Below, in pieces: positions 9,212 to 18,944 of a stretch of 64,000 bases of DNA; within the stretch, counting starts at the first letter, position 1; each line of letters starts with the position of its first letter. The notes under the pieces are model-generated. The model had not been told where the DNA came from and did not search any database. It saw only the letters and a list, made by a program, of their open reading frames with translations. This stretch comes from an uncultured Candidatus Saccharibacteria bacterium. GTDB lineage: Bacteria > Patescibacteriota > Minisyncoccia > Phycocordibacterales > UBA5272. The translations under genes were made by a program, and so were the position numbers. The stretch spans positions 78,758 to 142,757 of the forward strand of contig CAZUPO010000001.1 in NCBI GenBank assembly GCA_964621595.1, in the 5' to 3' direction.

Positions 9212-10567
9212 TTACTGGAATGGATACTCGTCATCGAAACGTGTTTGGAGTCGAGTCTTTAGCGCTTTGTCTTTGGTACTACAGTACGTATCGATCTGCT
9301 GTGCAAAATCACCGAGAGTTCCCGAGGTAAATGGATATCCGTTATTTTTTGCATAATCCAACACCGCCTTCATACGATCAGATGCTTTGGCACCTGTTGC
9401 ACACGGTGTATCGACATCATCAAGATAGAAATGTTTAATAAACAACGGTTCGAATGTAGAGTAAAACTTCTCCTCATCCATTTTGACCACCGTCCCGCCT
9501 GAGGTCGACGTATTGGTTGTATTGGTTGTGGTGGTTGTTGTCTTTGTGGTATCAGTTGTTGTCTTTGTTGTTTTGGTAGTTGATTTTGTGGTTTCAGTTA
9601 CCACTGGTTTTGTCTCTTCTCTAGGTGTTCCTTCTTCTTTTGTTTCTACCTTAGGTTCCTCTTGTACACGTGGTTTTTTGACAATTTCATTGATGTTCTT
9701 GTCCTCTTTTTCATTGTCCAAATCCTTAAAAATCTCTTTCTTCATCTCCTTACGGAACATGTCTTTGAAGAGTTCTTTCTGAGTACGTTCTTCTAACTTT
9801 TGCACCTCTGTATCCTTCTTCTGTTCTTCTTCGATCATTCGCTTCATCTCATCGATCTTTCTGTCATCAATTCTTTCCTTGTCGACAAATTGCTTCATTT
9901 CAGTGTCTTTGATAGTTTCTGTCGTAATCATAGCAACAACCGGATTACCCTTCAGATCCTTTCTTTCTTCTACAGAAATAGTTTTTCCTTCTGTTACCTG
10001 TACCATCTCCTCCTTTGTAGAAGTTGCTTGTGATTCAACTTCTTTTTTAACCTCTACAGTATGTTCGGTAACAGAGACTTTTGTTTTTTTCTTGGTTTTA
10101 TCATACTTCACACCAAACTTTGTTCCACGCACCGCAGCGAGAGTGCCTGGGGTCTTTACCTCATAACTACTACCCTTAGCGAGAGCCTCTACGCGATGAT
10201 ACGTCGAACCAAGTGTCTGAAGGATAGAAGTGTGTTCTGGAGAATATGTAATCGTAATCTCAGTATTTTCATCAAGAGAGATACTTGAGTTATCTGGGAG
10301 AAGTACAATCGCGGTACCAGTACCTGTTTTTACAACGGTATTATTATTAATTTCTGTTGGATTTTCTGTTGCTTTAAGGAATGTGTCCCCTCCGCTCTCT
10401 TTATACAAGACATCTCCACTCTTTGGATACAAGAGTATTGAGTATCCTTCTTTTTTAACCTCACTTGGTGAGGCAACAAACGTATCCGAACTTTTTTTAT
10501 TCATTACTAAAAATCCAACACCAATTGCAATAACAAGTACTGCTAAGCCCAATATACTTTTCTTCAT
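9212..10567 (-). CDS. membrane-anchored FecR-domain protein with K/E-rich coiled region and Thr-rich low-complexity linker
   Basis: MKKSILGLAVLVIAIGVGFLV signal-anchor; FecR-like block (VRGTKFGVKYDK); TTKSTTKTTKTTTDTTKTTTTTTNTTNTS tract; start at 10567 (alt 10636). Confidence 0.5.
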   Translation of the reverse strand: MKKSILGLAVLVIAIGVGFLVMNKKSSDTFVASPSEVKKEGYSILLYPKSGDVLYKESGGDTFLKATENPTEINNNTVVKTGTGTAIVLLPDNSSISLDENTEITITYSPEHTSILQTLGSTYHRVEALAKGSSYEVKTPGTLAAVRGTKFGVKYDKTKKKTKVSVTEHTVEVKKEVESQATSTKEEMVQVTEGKTISVEERKDLKGNPVVAMITTETIKDTEMKQFVDKERIDDRKIDEMKRMIEEEQKKDTEVQKLEERTQKELFKDMFRKEMKKEIFKDLDNEKEDKNINEIVKKPRVQEEPKVETKEEGTPREETKPVVTETTKSTTKTTKTTTDTTKTTTTTTNTTNTSTSGGTVVKMDEEKFYSTFEPLFIKHFYLDDVDTPCATGAKASDRMKAVLDYAKNNGYPFTSGTLGDFAQQIDTYCSTKDKALKTRLQTRFDDEYPFQ

Positions 10568-10719
10568 AGTCTCTGTAGTATACCCTTCTCGTACAAAAAA
10601 ATCGCGTGGATATTCTTCCTTTGCAAAATTACACAAAAATGGTATAGTAGGAAGACTTATTTTTAAATAAGTGGCATTATTTTGCTAAAAATAATGCCAA
10701 CTAGACAGAAAATAAACAA

Positions 10720-10795
10720 GGCCCTTGGTTCATATGGCATGAGGCCTTGCCGAAGAAAAAGCATATGCCGACGGTTTTGCAAAACTGGCGCGATA
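10720..10795 (+). pseudogene. degenerate tRNA-Ala-like copy (pseudo-tRNA)
   Basis: GGCCCTTGGTTCATATGGCATGAGGCC and CGGTTTTGCAAAA resemble 5' half and anticodon region of the tRNA-Ala 100 bp downstream; same ATAAAAATAAA upstream context; does not fold as a tRNA. Confidence 0.35.
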
Positions 10796-10843
10796 CAGAT
10801 AAAATTTAGTGCAAAAGTTTTTGTTAGACATAAAAATAAATAC

Positions 10844-10916
10844 GGGCCCTTAGCTCATATGGTAGAGCGCCGGTTTTGCACTCCGGAGGTGAGGAGTTCG
10901 ATTCTCCTAGGGTCCA
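10844..10916 (+). tRNA. tRNA-Ala (anticodon UGC)
   Basis: Cloverleaf: acceptor GGGCCCT/AGGGTCC with G3:U70 Ala identity pair, D-arm GCTC/GAGC, anticodon loop TTTGCAC, T-loop TTCGATT, discriminator A, no encoded CCA. Confidence 0.85.
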
Positions 10917-11062
10917 CAAATGAAAAGTACTCCCTGTTTCAACAGTGGAGTGTTTTTCATTTGCTGGAACTGTATAGCACATGAACCGCTTCATGTGCGG
11001 GAGAATCGAATACGGGGTCGCGAGACTTTATCGAGGAGTTTGCGACGAGAAGTCCTGTGACC

Positions 11063-11084
11063 GATTCTCCTAGGGTCCACAAAA
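11063..11084 (+). repeat. direct repeat of the 3' end of tRNA-Ala (att-like), second copy
   Basis: GATTCTCCTAGGGTCCACAAAAT repeats nt 10901-10921 of the tRNA; a third shorter copy GAGTCCACAAAAT at 11143-11155. Confidence 0.6.
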
Positions 11085-11150
11085 TAACGAGTGTACTCAC
11101 GACTATATTTTGTGAGAATCCTGAGAATGTAATCATTCGAAGGAGTCCAC

Positions 11151-11193
11151 AAAATTAAAATAACTTAAGAAGAAATTAAGTTATTTTAATTTT
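11151..11193. repeat. perfect 18-bp inverted repeat / hairpin
   Basis: AAAATTAAAATAACTTAA-gaagaaa-TTAAGTTATTTTAATTTT. Confidence 0.6.
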
Positions 11194-11342
11194 GGTCAGT
11201 ATGTGCAACGTATAAATTGCTTTGTGTGCGAGGAAAATAAAATATACATCTCCACTCAATGGCCTCAGAGTCGAATGAGGCAGCACATAAAAACAGAAAA
11301 CCGCCCACCGAGGAGCCAATGACGGCTTCTGGTAAAGCGGTG

Positions 11343-11663
11343 TTACTCGCCGCGCGGTGCGCGGCGCAGATCAAGCGCGTTGATAGCGTCTAGAGCACGC
11401 CAGAAATGGTCTCTCTGCCATTTGTAGATCGCCATGATGGCGAGTTCCACCGTGACGAGACCGCAAGAAATTCCGAAGGAAGCCAAGACTTCGAGCGCCC
11501 AGTGGTGATTTCCAGCCATCAGGATGCATGCGGATCCGTAGAAGATGAGACCAGAGACCCCACTCAATATTAACAGCACCGATACCGGTAACAACATGAT
11601 GCTGTTGCCGTCCGCCTGGTCCGCCTTCTCTTGTGCGGTGGCATTTTTACTGACTTTCTTCAT
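11343..11663 (-). CDS. small membrane protein (hypothetical), in high-GC island
   Basis: 106 aa ORF with 3 predicted TM helices; local GC clearly higher than flanks. Confidence 0.45.
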   Translation of the reverse strand: MKKVSKNATAQEKADQADGNSIMLLPVSVLLILSGVSGLIFYGSACILMAGNHHWALEVLASFGISCGLVTVELAIMAIYKWQRDHFWRALDAINALDLRRAPRGE

Positions 11664-11852
11664 TTATTCTACCTCTATTTCAAGAACGAGTTTAAAGGGA
11701 ACTCACCCTCTTATTCGGCGTATACCGCCGAACGTCCTGTTCATCCGAACAGAAAACTCTTACTATTATACACCATAATTAGTATATTTGTCAAGTACTT
11801 AAAACCATACACAACACAATTTTTAAACCACTTCTTTGCTATACTGTTGTAT

Positions 11853-12380
11853 ATGAAAATAGTTGTTGCTTCAAAAAATCCAGTAAAAATAAATGCTGCG
11901 CGGGAAGGTTTCAAGAAAATGTTTCCGGAAGTAGATTTTGAGGTAGAAGGTATCTCTGTCCCCTCTAATGTCAGTGATCAACCGCGAAGTGATTCGGAAA
12001 CATTTACTGGTGCCCTAAATAGAGTAGACAACGCCTCGAATGAAATTACTACTGCAGACTTTTGGATTGGGATAGAGGGTGGAATAGAGGAAAAACAATC
12101 GGAAATGGAGGCTTTTGCTTGGGTAGTTATAAAATCAAATAGTGGCACATATGGAAAAGGAAGAACTGGAACGTTCTTCTTACCTAAAAAAGTTAGTGAT
12201 CTCATCAAACAGGGTAAGGAACTTGGAGAGGCGGATGACATCGTCTTTGGAAGAACTAACTCAAAACAAGCAAACGGTGCGGTCGGTATTTTAACAAATG
12301 ATGTACTCAATAGAACCTCCTACTACATAGAGGCTGTAGTGCTGGCATGTATTCCATTCAAAAATAAAGACTTGTACTAA
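11853..12380 (+). CDS. yjjX: inosine/xanthosine triphosphatase, YjjX family (non-canonical purine NTP phosphatase)
   Basis: MKIVVASKNPVKINAAREGF start typical of YjjX/DUF84; ~176 aa. Confidence 0.65.
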   Translation: MKIVVASKNPVKINAAREGFKKMFPEVDFEVEGISVPSNVSDQPRSDSETFTGALNRVDNASNEITTADFWIGIEGGIEEKQSEMEAFAWVVIKSNSGTYGKGRTGTFFLPKKVSDLIKQGKELGEADDIVFGRTNSKQANGAVGILTNDVLNRTSYYIEAVVLACIPFKNKDLY

Positions 12381-12451
12381 CTAAGGACTTACTGGGTTGT
12401 ATATCTCTTCTTTGAATCAGTAAAATATCAATTTCTCCCTGCAAAATACTC

Positions 12452-12525
12452 TGGTCAGGCTGCCGAGACTCGAACCCGGGTCGCATCCACCCCATGGATG
12501 TATATTACCCCTATACTACAGCCTG
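12452..12525 (-). tRNA. tRNA-Pro (anticodon GGG), CCA encoded
   Basis: Revcomp folds: acceptor CAGGCTG/CAGCCTG, D-stem GTAT/ATAT, anticodon stem CATCC/GGATG with loop ATGGGGT, T-loop TTCGAGT, 3' ACCA. Confidence 0.75.
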
Positions 12526-12676
12526 TAATTGTTGTAAGTATGCAGTCTAGCACGCATTAAAAATCTTCCACAAATAGACTCTTTCGATTTCGCTCGAAAA
12601 GCGCCGTCACGTCATCTAAAAATATCTGAGTTATCCCTACCGGGGAAGTAGTCAAAAACGTTATACTAAAAGGGTA

Positions 12677-13948
12677 ATGTCCGTTAACAAGGTACTCATG
12701 TTTGGGTGGGAGTATCCGCCACATCACAGTGGTGGTTTAGGTGTTGCTTGTCAGGGTCTTGTACATGCACTTTTGGATAATGAAGTGCATGTATGTTTTG
12801 TTCTTCCGAACTCTGTCCCACTCAATGAGAAACGTGTCACCATTCGCTTCGCTGACAGACCAATCCTTGTTGGAAAAAAATCTGCTATATTACGCATCCT
12901 TGCACGAGAACTACAAAACCCCTACCTCTCCTCTGTTGAATACGAAAAAAAGTTGTCAGAATTTATTAAAAAGGGAGGAAAAATAATTCCTCGAAGTCTT
13001 TTTGATCAAGTAGATCATTATGCACACATGGTTGATGAATTATTTGATGAAGAAGGTCTGGATGATGTAGATATAATACACGCGCACGATTGGTTGTGCT
13101 TCCCAGCAGGACTCCGAGCAAAAAAACTTACAGGGAAGCCACTCGTCGTACATGTTCATGCAACAGAGTTTGACCGCTCAGGTGGGAATTCTGTGAATCA
13201 GCGTGTATACGACCTAGAGCGCTATGCAATGCATAACGCGGATCATGTAATTGCGGTGAGTGAACTCACGAGAAAAATCATCATCGATCGTTACGGTGTA
13301 GATCCAGCAAAAGTATCTGTCGTTCACAATGGAAACACTATGATGCCGAAGTCACCGAACTTTCGTTTTAAATATCTTTTTGATTACCGTAAACAAAATA
13401 AAAAAATCGTACTCTACGCCGGACGTATCACAATCCAAAAAGGTGTTGATTACTTCGTACAAGCAGCGAAGAGAGTTCTCGAGTACGAAAAGGACGTGAT
13501 GTTCGTAGTTGCAGGATCAGGAGACATGGAAGGGCAAATCAAACATGCGGTCCACTGGATGGGCATAGCAGATAAATTTGTCTTCACAGGATATTACAAA
13601 ATGGAAGAACAACAGGACCTGTTCTCGTGTGCTGACGTGGTAGTCATGCCATCTGTATCAGAACCATTCGGTATCATTCCACTCGAATCTATGAGCACCG
13701 GGACTCCTGTTATCGTCTCTAAGCAATCCGGGGTATCCGAAGTTATCTCGCACGCGCTCAAGGTTGACTTCTGGGACACAGATGAAATTGCAAATAAAAT
13801 AATCGCCGTACTGCGGCACCCACCGCTAAAAGAAACGCTAAGTCACGAAGGAAAGAAACAATCGAAAGAAATTACCTGGGACAAAGCAGCGAAGAAAACG
13901 AAGAAAGTTTACTCGAGTGTTACAAGTAAATCTAAAACTAAAAAATAA
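12677..13948 (+). CDS. glycogen/starch synthase-like glycosyltransferase (GT4/GT5 fold)
   Basis: N-terminal WEYPPHHSGGLGVACQGLVHAL resembles GlgA E-x-x-P-x-x-K-x-GGL motif; first gene of alpha-glucan operon. Confidence 0.65.
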   Translation: MSVNKVLMFGWEYPPHHSGGLGVACQGLVHALLDNEVHVCFVLPNSVPLNEKRVTIRFADRPILVGKKSAILRILARELQNPYLSSVEYEKKLSEFIKKGGKIIPRSLFDQVDHYAHMVDELFDEEGLDDVDIIHAHDWLCFPAGLRAKKLTGKPLVVHVHATEFDRSGGNSVNQRVYDLERYAMHNADHVIAVSELTRKIIIDRYGVDPAKVSVVHNGNTMMPKSPNFRFKYLFDYRKQNKKIVLYAGRITIQKGVDYFVQAAKRVLEYEKDVMFVVAGSGDMEGQIKHAVHWMGIADKFVFTGYYKMEEQQDLFSCADVVVMPSVSEPFGIIPLESMSTGTPVIVSKQSGVSEVISHALKVDFWDTDEIANKIIAVLRHPPLKETLSHEGKKQSKEITWDKAAKKTKKVYSSVTSKSKTKK

Positions 13949-13959
13949 AAACAAACACC

Positions 13960-15156
13960 ATGCCAACAATTGCTCTCTACCTCAAAACCCATCAGCCATT
14001 TCGTATCAAACGCTACCGAGCGTTCGATGTTGGGCATGATCATGAATATTTTAATGACAAAAGTGAAGCAAACACAAATAACGTCAAGATTCTTAAAAAA
14101 ATATGTGAGAAGTCCTATAAACCAACAAACAAACTTCTTCTTGAACTACTCAAAAAGCATCCAGGGTTTCGTTTTAGTATTTCACTCTCTGGAACACTTC
14201 TTGAGCAACTTGAGGAACATGCCCCTGCCACCCTTGAAACATTTAAAAAATTAGTGGCGACTGGTCGTGTAGAAGTGCTTGGAGAGACCTACTATCACTC
14301 GCTTGCATTTTATTATTCTCTTTCAGAATTCGAGGCGCAAGTGAAGATGCAAAACAAAATTATTAAGCGCATCTTTGGAGTTACCCCAAAAGTGTTTTCT
14401 AACACAGAACTCGCATATCGCAACGACCTGGCACAGTGGGCAGAAAAAACTGGTTATAAAGGTATCATCGCGGAGGGCTGGGATCCCATACTTGGCTGGA
14501 GAACATCGAATTTCGTCTATGAACCATCAGGTACGAAAAAGATAAAACTACTTTTGAAGAACTACCGCCTTTCTGATGATATTGCATTTCGATTTGGAGA
14601 TAAAAACTGGAGTGAGTGGCCCCTCACCGCAGACAAGTTTGGTCAATGGGTTTCGGCGGTAAATGGAAATGGCGAAACCATAAACCTCTTCATGGACTAC
14701 GAGACGTTTGGTGAACACCAGTGGGAAAGTACGGGTATCTTCGAATTCCTCCGTCACATGCCTGGAGAAATTTTTAAAAACAAGGACAACGGTTTCCTCA
14801 CCCTTTCTGAGACATGTGCGAAGTACAAAGCACGCGATGTGGTGGACATGCCACATATCGTTACCTGGGCAGATACCGAACGCGACCTCTCTGCATGGAC
14901 TGGGAATACCATGCAGCAATCGTCTCTTGCAGAACTCTATCGTATTGAAAAAGCGGTTCTTGCTACCAAGGATGAAAAAATTATTGATGACTGGAGAAAA
15001 CTTCAGACTTCTGACCACGTATATTACATGTGTACAAAATGGTTTGCAGATGGTGATGTCCATAAATACTTCTCCCCGTACGAATCTCCATATGAAGCAT
15101 TTATCGCCTTCACGAACGCTCTAACAGACTTAAAACTTAGAGCAAAAATTCTCTAG
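13960..15156 (+). CDS. glycoside hydrolase family 57 (alpha-amylase / 4-alpha-glucanotransferase / branching-enzyme type)
   Basis: N-terminal LYLKTHQPFR (hHQP motif of GH57) and overall GH57 layout. Confidence 0.7.
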   Translation: MPTIALYLKTHQPFRIKRYRAFDVGHDHEYFNDKSEANTNNVKILKKICEKSYKPTNKLLLELLKKHPGFRFSISLSGTLLEQLEEHAPATLETFKKLVATGRVEVLGETYYHSLAFYYSLSEFEAQVKMQNKIIKRIFGVTPKVFSNTELAYRNDLAQWAEKTGYKGIIAEGWDPILGWRTSNFVYEPSGTKKIKLLLKNYRLSDDIAFRFGDKNWSEWPLTADKFGQWVSAVNGNGETINLFMDYETFGEHQWESTGIFEFLRHMPGEIFKNKDNGFLTLSETCAKYKARDVVDMPHIVTWADTERDLSAWTGNTMQQSSLAELYRIEKAVLATKDEKIIDDWRKLQTSDHVYYMCTKWFADGDVHKYFSPYESPYEAFIAFTNALTDLKLRAKIL

Positions 15157-15160
15157 AACT

Positions 15161-17125
15161 ATGGCAAAATCACTCGTACTCGCAAATGGTAACATTTTCG
15201 TAGGACTCAATGAGAGTGGTTTTGTGAGTGACTTTTTCTACCCGTATGTTGGAGTAGAGAATCATGTTCGCGGATCTGCACATAAAATTGGCGTATGGAT
15301 CAATACCTACTTATCCTGGCTAGACAGCGGTGAGTGGTCCATCTCTGCCGATCTAGAAGAGAACACGTTTGTTGGTGTAGTGCGTTACTATCACGCGAAA
15401 GAAAATCTAGAACTTATCTTTAAAAACATCGTCACCAACGACAAGAATATTTTCATGCGAACCGTGGAAGTTATTAACCACAGCACTGACACGAAACACA
15501 TTCGACTATTCTTTCATCAAGTTTTTTGTATTTACGGAACATCGCAAGAAGATACAGCGTACTACGATCCAGGCACTCATTCGATTATTCACTACGAAGG
15601 TCGCAGAGTGTTTTTTGTCTATGCAGAGTCGAGTGACGTTCCATTTGATGATTACAGTGTCGGACTCTATGGAATAGAGGGTCGCGAGGGAGTTTATAAA
15701 GATGCAGAAGATGGTCGATTAGAAAAAAATCCAATCGAGCACGGCCGTATAGATTCTGTACTATCCCTTCCACTTGTTGTTCATTCCGGAGAAAATAAAA
15801 CAGCGAATTATTGGATTACTGTTGCAGAAACGAAAGCCGAAGCCTTTGAACTTCATACTCACCTACTCTACAAAACACCGAAGCATATTTTTGAGACAAC
15901 AGCGAAATACTGGAAAGCATGGTTACTCAAACATGATCATAGCGTCGGGCAGCATATCAGTAAAGAGGCACTTGCTCTCTATAAAAAATCTATTCTCTAC
16001 ATGCGCGCAAATATAGATAATCGCGGAGCAGTTCTCGCCTCTGGCGACTCAGATATGCTCCAACGTGGTCGAGATACCTATAGTTACATGTGGCCGCGTG
16101 ATGGTGCTATGACTGTACGCACCCTTCTTGCAATAGGTGAAGAAAATAGCGCGAAAAGATTCTTCAAATTCTGTAGCGATGTTCTGGAACCAGATGGATA
16201 CCTAATGCACAAATATAGAGCGGATAAATCTATTGGTAGTTCTTGGCATGCATTTATTCATGACGGAAAAGCAATACTTCCGATACAAGAAGATGAGACT
16301 GCGCTTGTCCTTGTATCTCTTTGGGACTACTATGTAACTACCAAAGATATAGAATTTATAGATTTACACTACTACGGATTTATAAAAAAGATGGCGCTGT
16401 TCTTAGCTGAGTTTATTGACAAAGATACAGGTCTTCCGCTCCCCTCGTATGATCTCTGGGAGGAAAAACATGGTGTATCGACATTTACCGCATCCACGGT
16501 CTACGCGGGACTTATTGCTGGATCAAATTTTGCAGAACTCTTTGAAAAAAATAATACCAAGGAAATGCTACGAAGTACTGCTGAACGCATGCGACTAGCG
16601 ATCATTGAACATCTTTATGACGACAGTAAGGGTACATTTATAAAACAAATCTCGTATCGTAATAATGAGGTGGTACATGACACCATTGTTGATAGTTCGA
16701 GTGTTTACGGTATCATCACCTACGGCGTGTTACCTGTGACCGATAAAAAAGTTATTGCTTCTATACAAACACTACGGGAGAGACTACAGATACACGATGG
16801 TATAGGTGGAGTCCCACGGTACGAACGCGACCAATACTACCGACAAGTTGATACGCCAAACCCATGGTATATAACAACACTCTGGCTTGCACAATACTAC
16901 ATACGGAAAGCAGAAAATGGTGACGATTTGGGAGAAGCGTTACGCTGGATTAACTGGACGGTTGAGCACTCACCTCATTCTGGTGTACTTTCTGAACAAC
17001 TTCATCCATTTACCGGTGAACAACTCTCCGCGACACCGCTTACCTGGAGTCATGCTGAGTACGTCTATACCGTACAACTTTACCACCAAAAGTTAAAAGA
17101 TCTTGGGCTGTGTGCGCCACATTAA
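15161..17125 (+). CDS. glycoside hydrolase family 15 (glucoamylase/glucodextranase-like)
   Basis: LASGDSDMLQRGRDTYSYMWPRDGAMTVRTL block typical of archaeal-type GH15 catalytic (alpha/alpha)6 domain; 654 aa. Confidence 0.75.
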   Translation: MAKSLVLANGNIFVGLNESGFVSDFFYPYVGVENHVRGSAHKIGVWINTYLSWLDSGEWSISADLEENTFVGVVRYYHAKENLELIFKNIVTNDKNIFMRTVEVINHSTDTKHIRLFFHQVFCIYGTSQEDTAYYDPGTHSIIHYEGRRVFFVYAESSDVPFDDYSVGLYGIEGREGVYKDAEDGRLEKNPIEHGRIDSVLSLPLVVHSGENKTANYWITVAETKAEAFELHTHLLYKTPKHIFETTAKYWKAWLLKHDHSVGQHISKEALALYKKSILYMRANIDNRGAVLASGDSDMLQRGRDTYSYMWPRDGAMTVRTLLAIGEENSAKRFFKFCSDVLEPDGYLMHKYRADKSIGSSWHAFIHDGKAILPIQEDETALVLVSLWDYYVTTKDIEFIDLHYYGFIKKMALFLAEFIDKDTGLPLPSYDLWEEKHGVSTFTASTVYAGLIAGSNFAELFEKNNTKEMLRSTAERMRLAIIEHLYDDSKGTFIKQISYRNNEVVHDTIVDSSSVYGIITYGVLPVTDKKVIASIQTLRERLQIHDGIGGVPRYERDQYYRQVDTPNPWYITTLWLAQYYIRKAENGDDLGEALRWINWTVEHSPHSGVLSEQLHPFTGEQLSATPLTWSHAEYVYTVQLYHQKLKDLGLCAPH

Positions 17126-17167
17126 AAAAATACGATATACTTACAAGATCTAACTAATTGAAATAAC

Positions 17168-18130
17168 ATGGACGATATTTTATACCCCCTACACTCTTTT
17201 AAAGAACAATTCAGTTTTGACCCAGTTGTAGTTAATAAGGAAAACTTGGCGAAAAAGAATCATATTGTCATATGTGGGATGGGTGGGTCAATTATCTGTG
17301 GAAACTTACTAAAACTCCTCTACCCAGATCTACCCGTAACACTTCATAATGACTACGATTTGCCTCTACATATTGATAAAGAGAATACCTTGATTGTTAT
17401 CAATTCATATTCTGGTAACACAGAAGAAATGTTGAGCGCTTTTGATGCAAGTGTGGCGCAAGGATATTCTATGGCAACTCTCTCAAGAGGAGGAGATCTC
17501 ATCGCTCGTTCTGTAACCAATAATACGCCCCACATTGTTCTACCTAGTATCGGTGTTGAGGCTCGTTTTGCAATTGGACACCAACTCCTTGGGCTTCTCT
17601 ACTTGATGGGAGAGGAGTCTCGAATCCCCGAATTGCGGGAACATATTAGTGCGGTTGATATTACAAACGCAGAACGAGACGGCAAAGAACTTTCGGTGGC
17701 GCTTGCAAATAAGTATCCTATTATCTATGCATCGAAGCACCTCTACCCTATTGCGTATCTCATTAAAGCCGCAGTGAACGAGGGAGCGAAGTTACCTTGC
17801 TTTGTAAATATAATCCCTGAAGCAAATCATAATGAGATACAAGGCTTTGTTTCAACAATAAAAGATCGTGAGGTAGGAAACTTTACTTTTCTATTTATCA
17901 CATCACCTAAAGATCATCCACGTGTTGCAAGAAGATTTGCTGTCATGACAGCTTTATATCATGAGGAAGGATTTGGAATAGCAGGTCTCTCTAACGATCA
18001 TACCAATCACACGAAAGTATTTGAACTCATCCTCACAGGATACTTTGCGGCGACCTTCTTGGCAATCGCTCGCAATGTCGACACGTATAAAACTCCGTTT
18101 ATAGTGAAATTCAAAGACAGAATCCTCTAG
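17168..18130 (+). CDS. bifunctional phosphoglucose/phosphomannose isomerase (SIS domain, archaeal type)
   Basis: SIS-domain motifs VICGMGGSIICG and INSYSGNTEE; 320 aa; operon context. Confidence 0.55.
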   Translation: MDDILYPLHSFKEQFSFDPVVVNKENLAKKNHIVICGMGGSIICGNLLKLLYPDLPVTLHNDYDLPLHIDKENTLIVINSYSGNTEEMLSAFDASVAQGYSMATLSRGGDLIARSVTNNTPHIVLPSIGVEARFAIGHQLLGLLYLMGEESRIPELREHISAVDITNAERDGKELSVALANKYPIIYASKHLYPIAYLIKAAVNEGAKLPCFVNIIPEANHNEIQGFVSTIKDREVGNFTFLFITSPKDHPRVARRFAVMTALYHEEGFGIAGLSNDHTNHTKVFELILTGYFAATFLAIARNVDTYKTPFIVKFKDRIL

Positions 18131-18136
18131 AAATCT

Positions 18137-18943
18137 ATGCTCAATCTTGTTATTGATATTGGTGGGACAAATACACGCGTCGCAAAAACTACTGATAACC
18201 AATCTTTTGGGGAGCCGATTATCTTTAATACCCCGCAAGGGTTTGAACTATGGCTTGCGGTTCTCAAAGAGCATGTTCGAACACTGGTCCAAGATGAACC
18301 GATTAAACAAATTATTGCTGGAATCCCTGGCACACTTTCAGATGACAAGGGAACCATTGCACATAACCCTCATCTTAAACCATGGGAAGGAATACATGTA
18401 CGAGATATTCTTTCAAAATCTTTTTCTTGTGAAGTACATTTAGAAAATGACGCCGCTCTCGTTGGACTTGGGGAAGCAGTTTTTGGTAGTGGCAAAGGTT
18501 ATTCGATTGTTGCATACATAACAATCAGTACCGGGGTTGGTGGTGTTCGAATTACCGATGGCCACATAGACAAAAGTGCGCACGGGTTTGAAATTGGTCA
18601 TGAAATAGTAAACGATGGCAAAGAACTCGAATACTACCTTGCCGGAAGTTCGCATGAGAAACGTTTTGGAATGCCATCGAAAGATATCAAGGATCCTCTC
18701 TTCTGGAAAGAGGTAAACTACTACACCGGGGTACTTGCAGCCAATATAACGATGAGTTGGTCGCCCCATGCTATTGTCTTTGGAGGACCTGTAATGAACG
18801 ACATTAATCTAGAAGAAGCGACCGAGCACGCGAAGAAACTCCTCACTATGTATGATGAACTCCCTGTCTTTATAAGGAGTTCTCTAAAAAATGTTGGAGG
18901 TCTCTACGGTGGTCTTGCGTATCTTCAAACAATAGAAAAATAA
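18137..18943 (+). CDS. ROK-family glucokinase
   Basis: N-terminal LVIDIGGTNTRVA ATPase motif, ROK signature region with His/Asp in the middle. Confidence 0.7.
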   Translation: MLNLVIDIGGTNTRVAKTTDNQSFGEPIIFNTPQGFELWLAVLKEHVRTLVQDEPIKQIIAGIPGTLSDDKGTIAHNPHLKPWEGIHVRDILSKSFSCEVHLENDAALVGLGEAVFGSGKGYSIVAYITISTGVGGVRITDGHIDKSAHGFEIGHEIVNDGKELEYYLAGSSHEKRFGMPSKDIKDPLFWKEVNYYTGVLAANITMSWSPHAIVFGGPVMNDINLEEATEHAKKLLTMYDELPVFIRSSLKNVGGLYGGLAYLQTIEK

Positions 18944-18944
18944 T

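Noticed and set aside
10682-10984. 100-aa plus-strand ORF
   Set aside because: It runs straight through tRNA-Ala and its repeat region, so it is almost certainly spurious.
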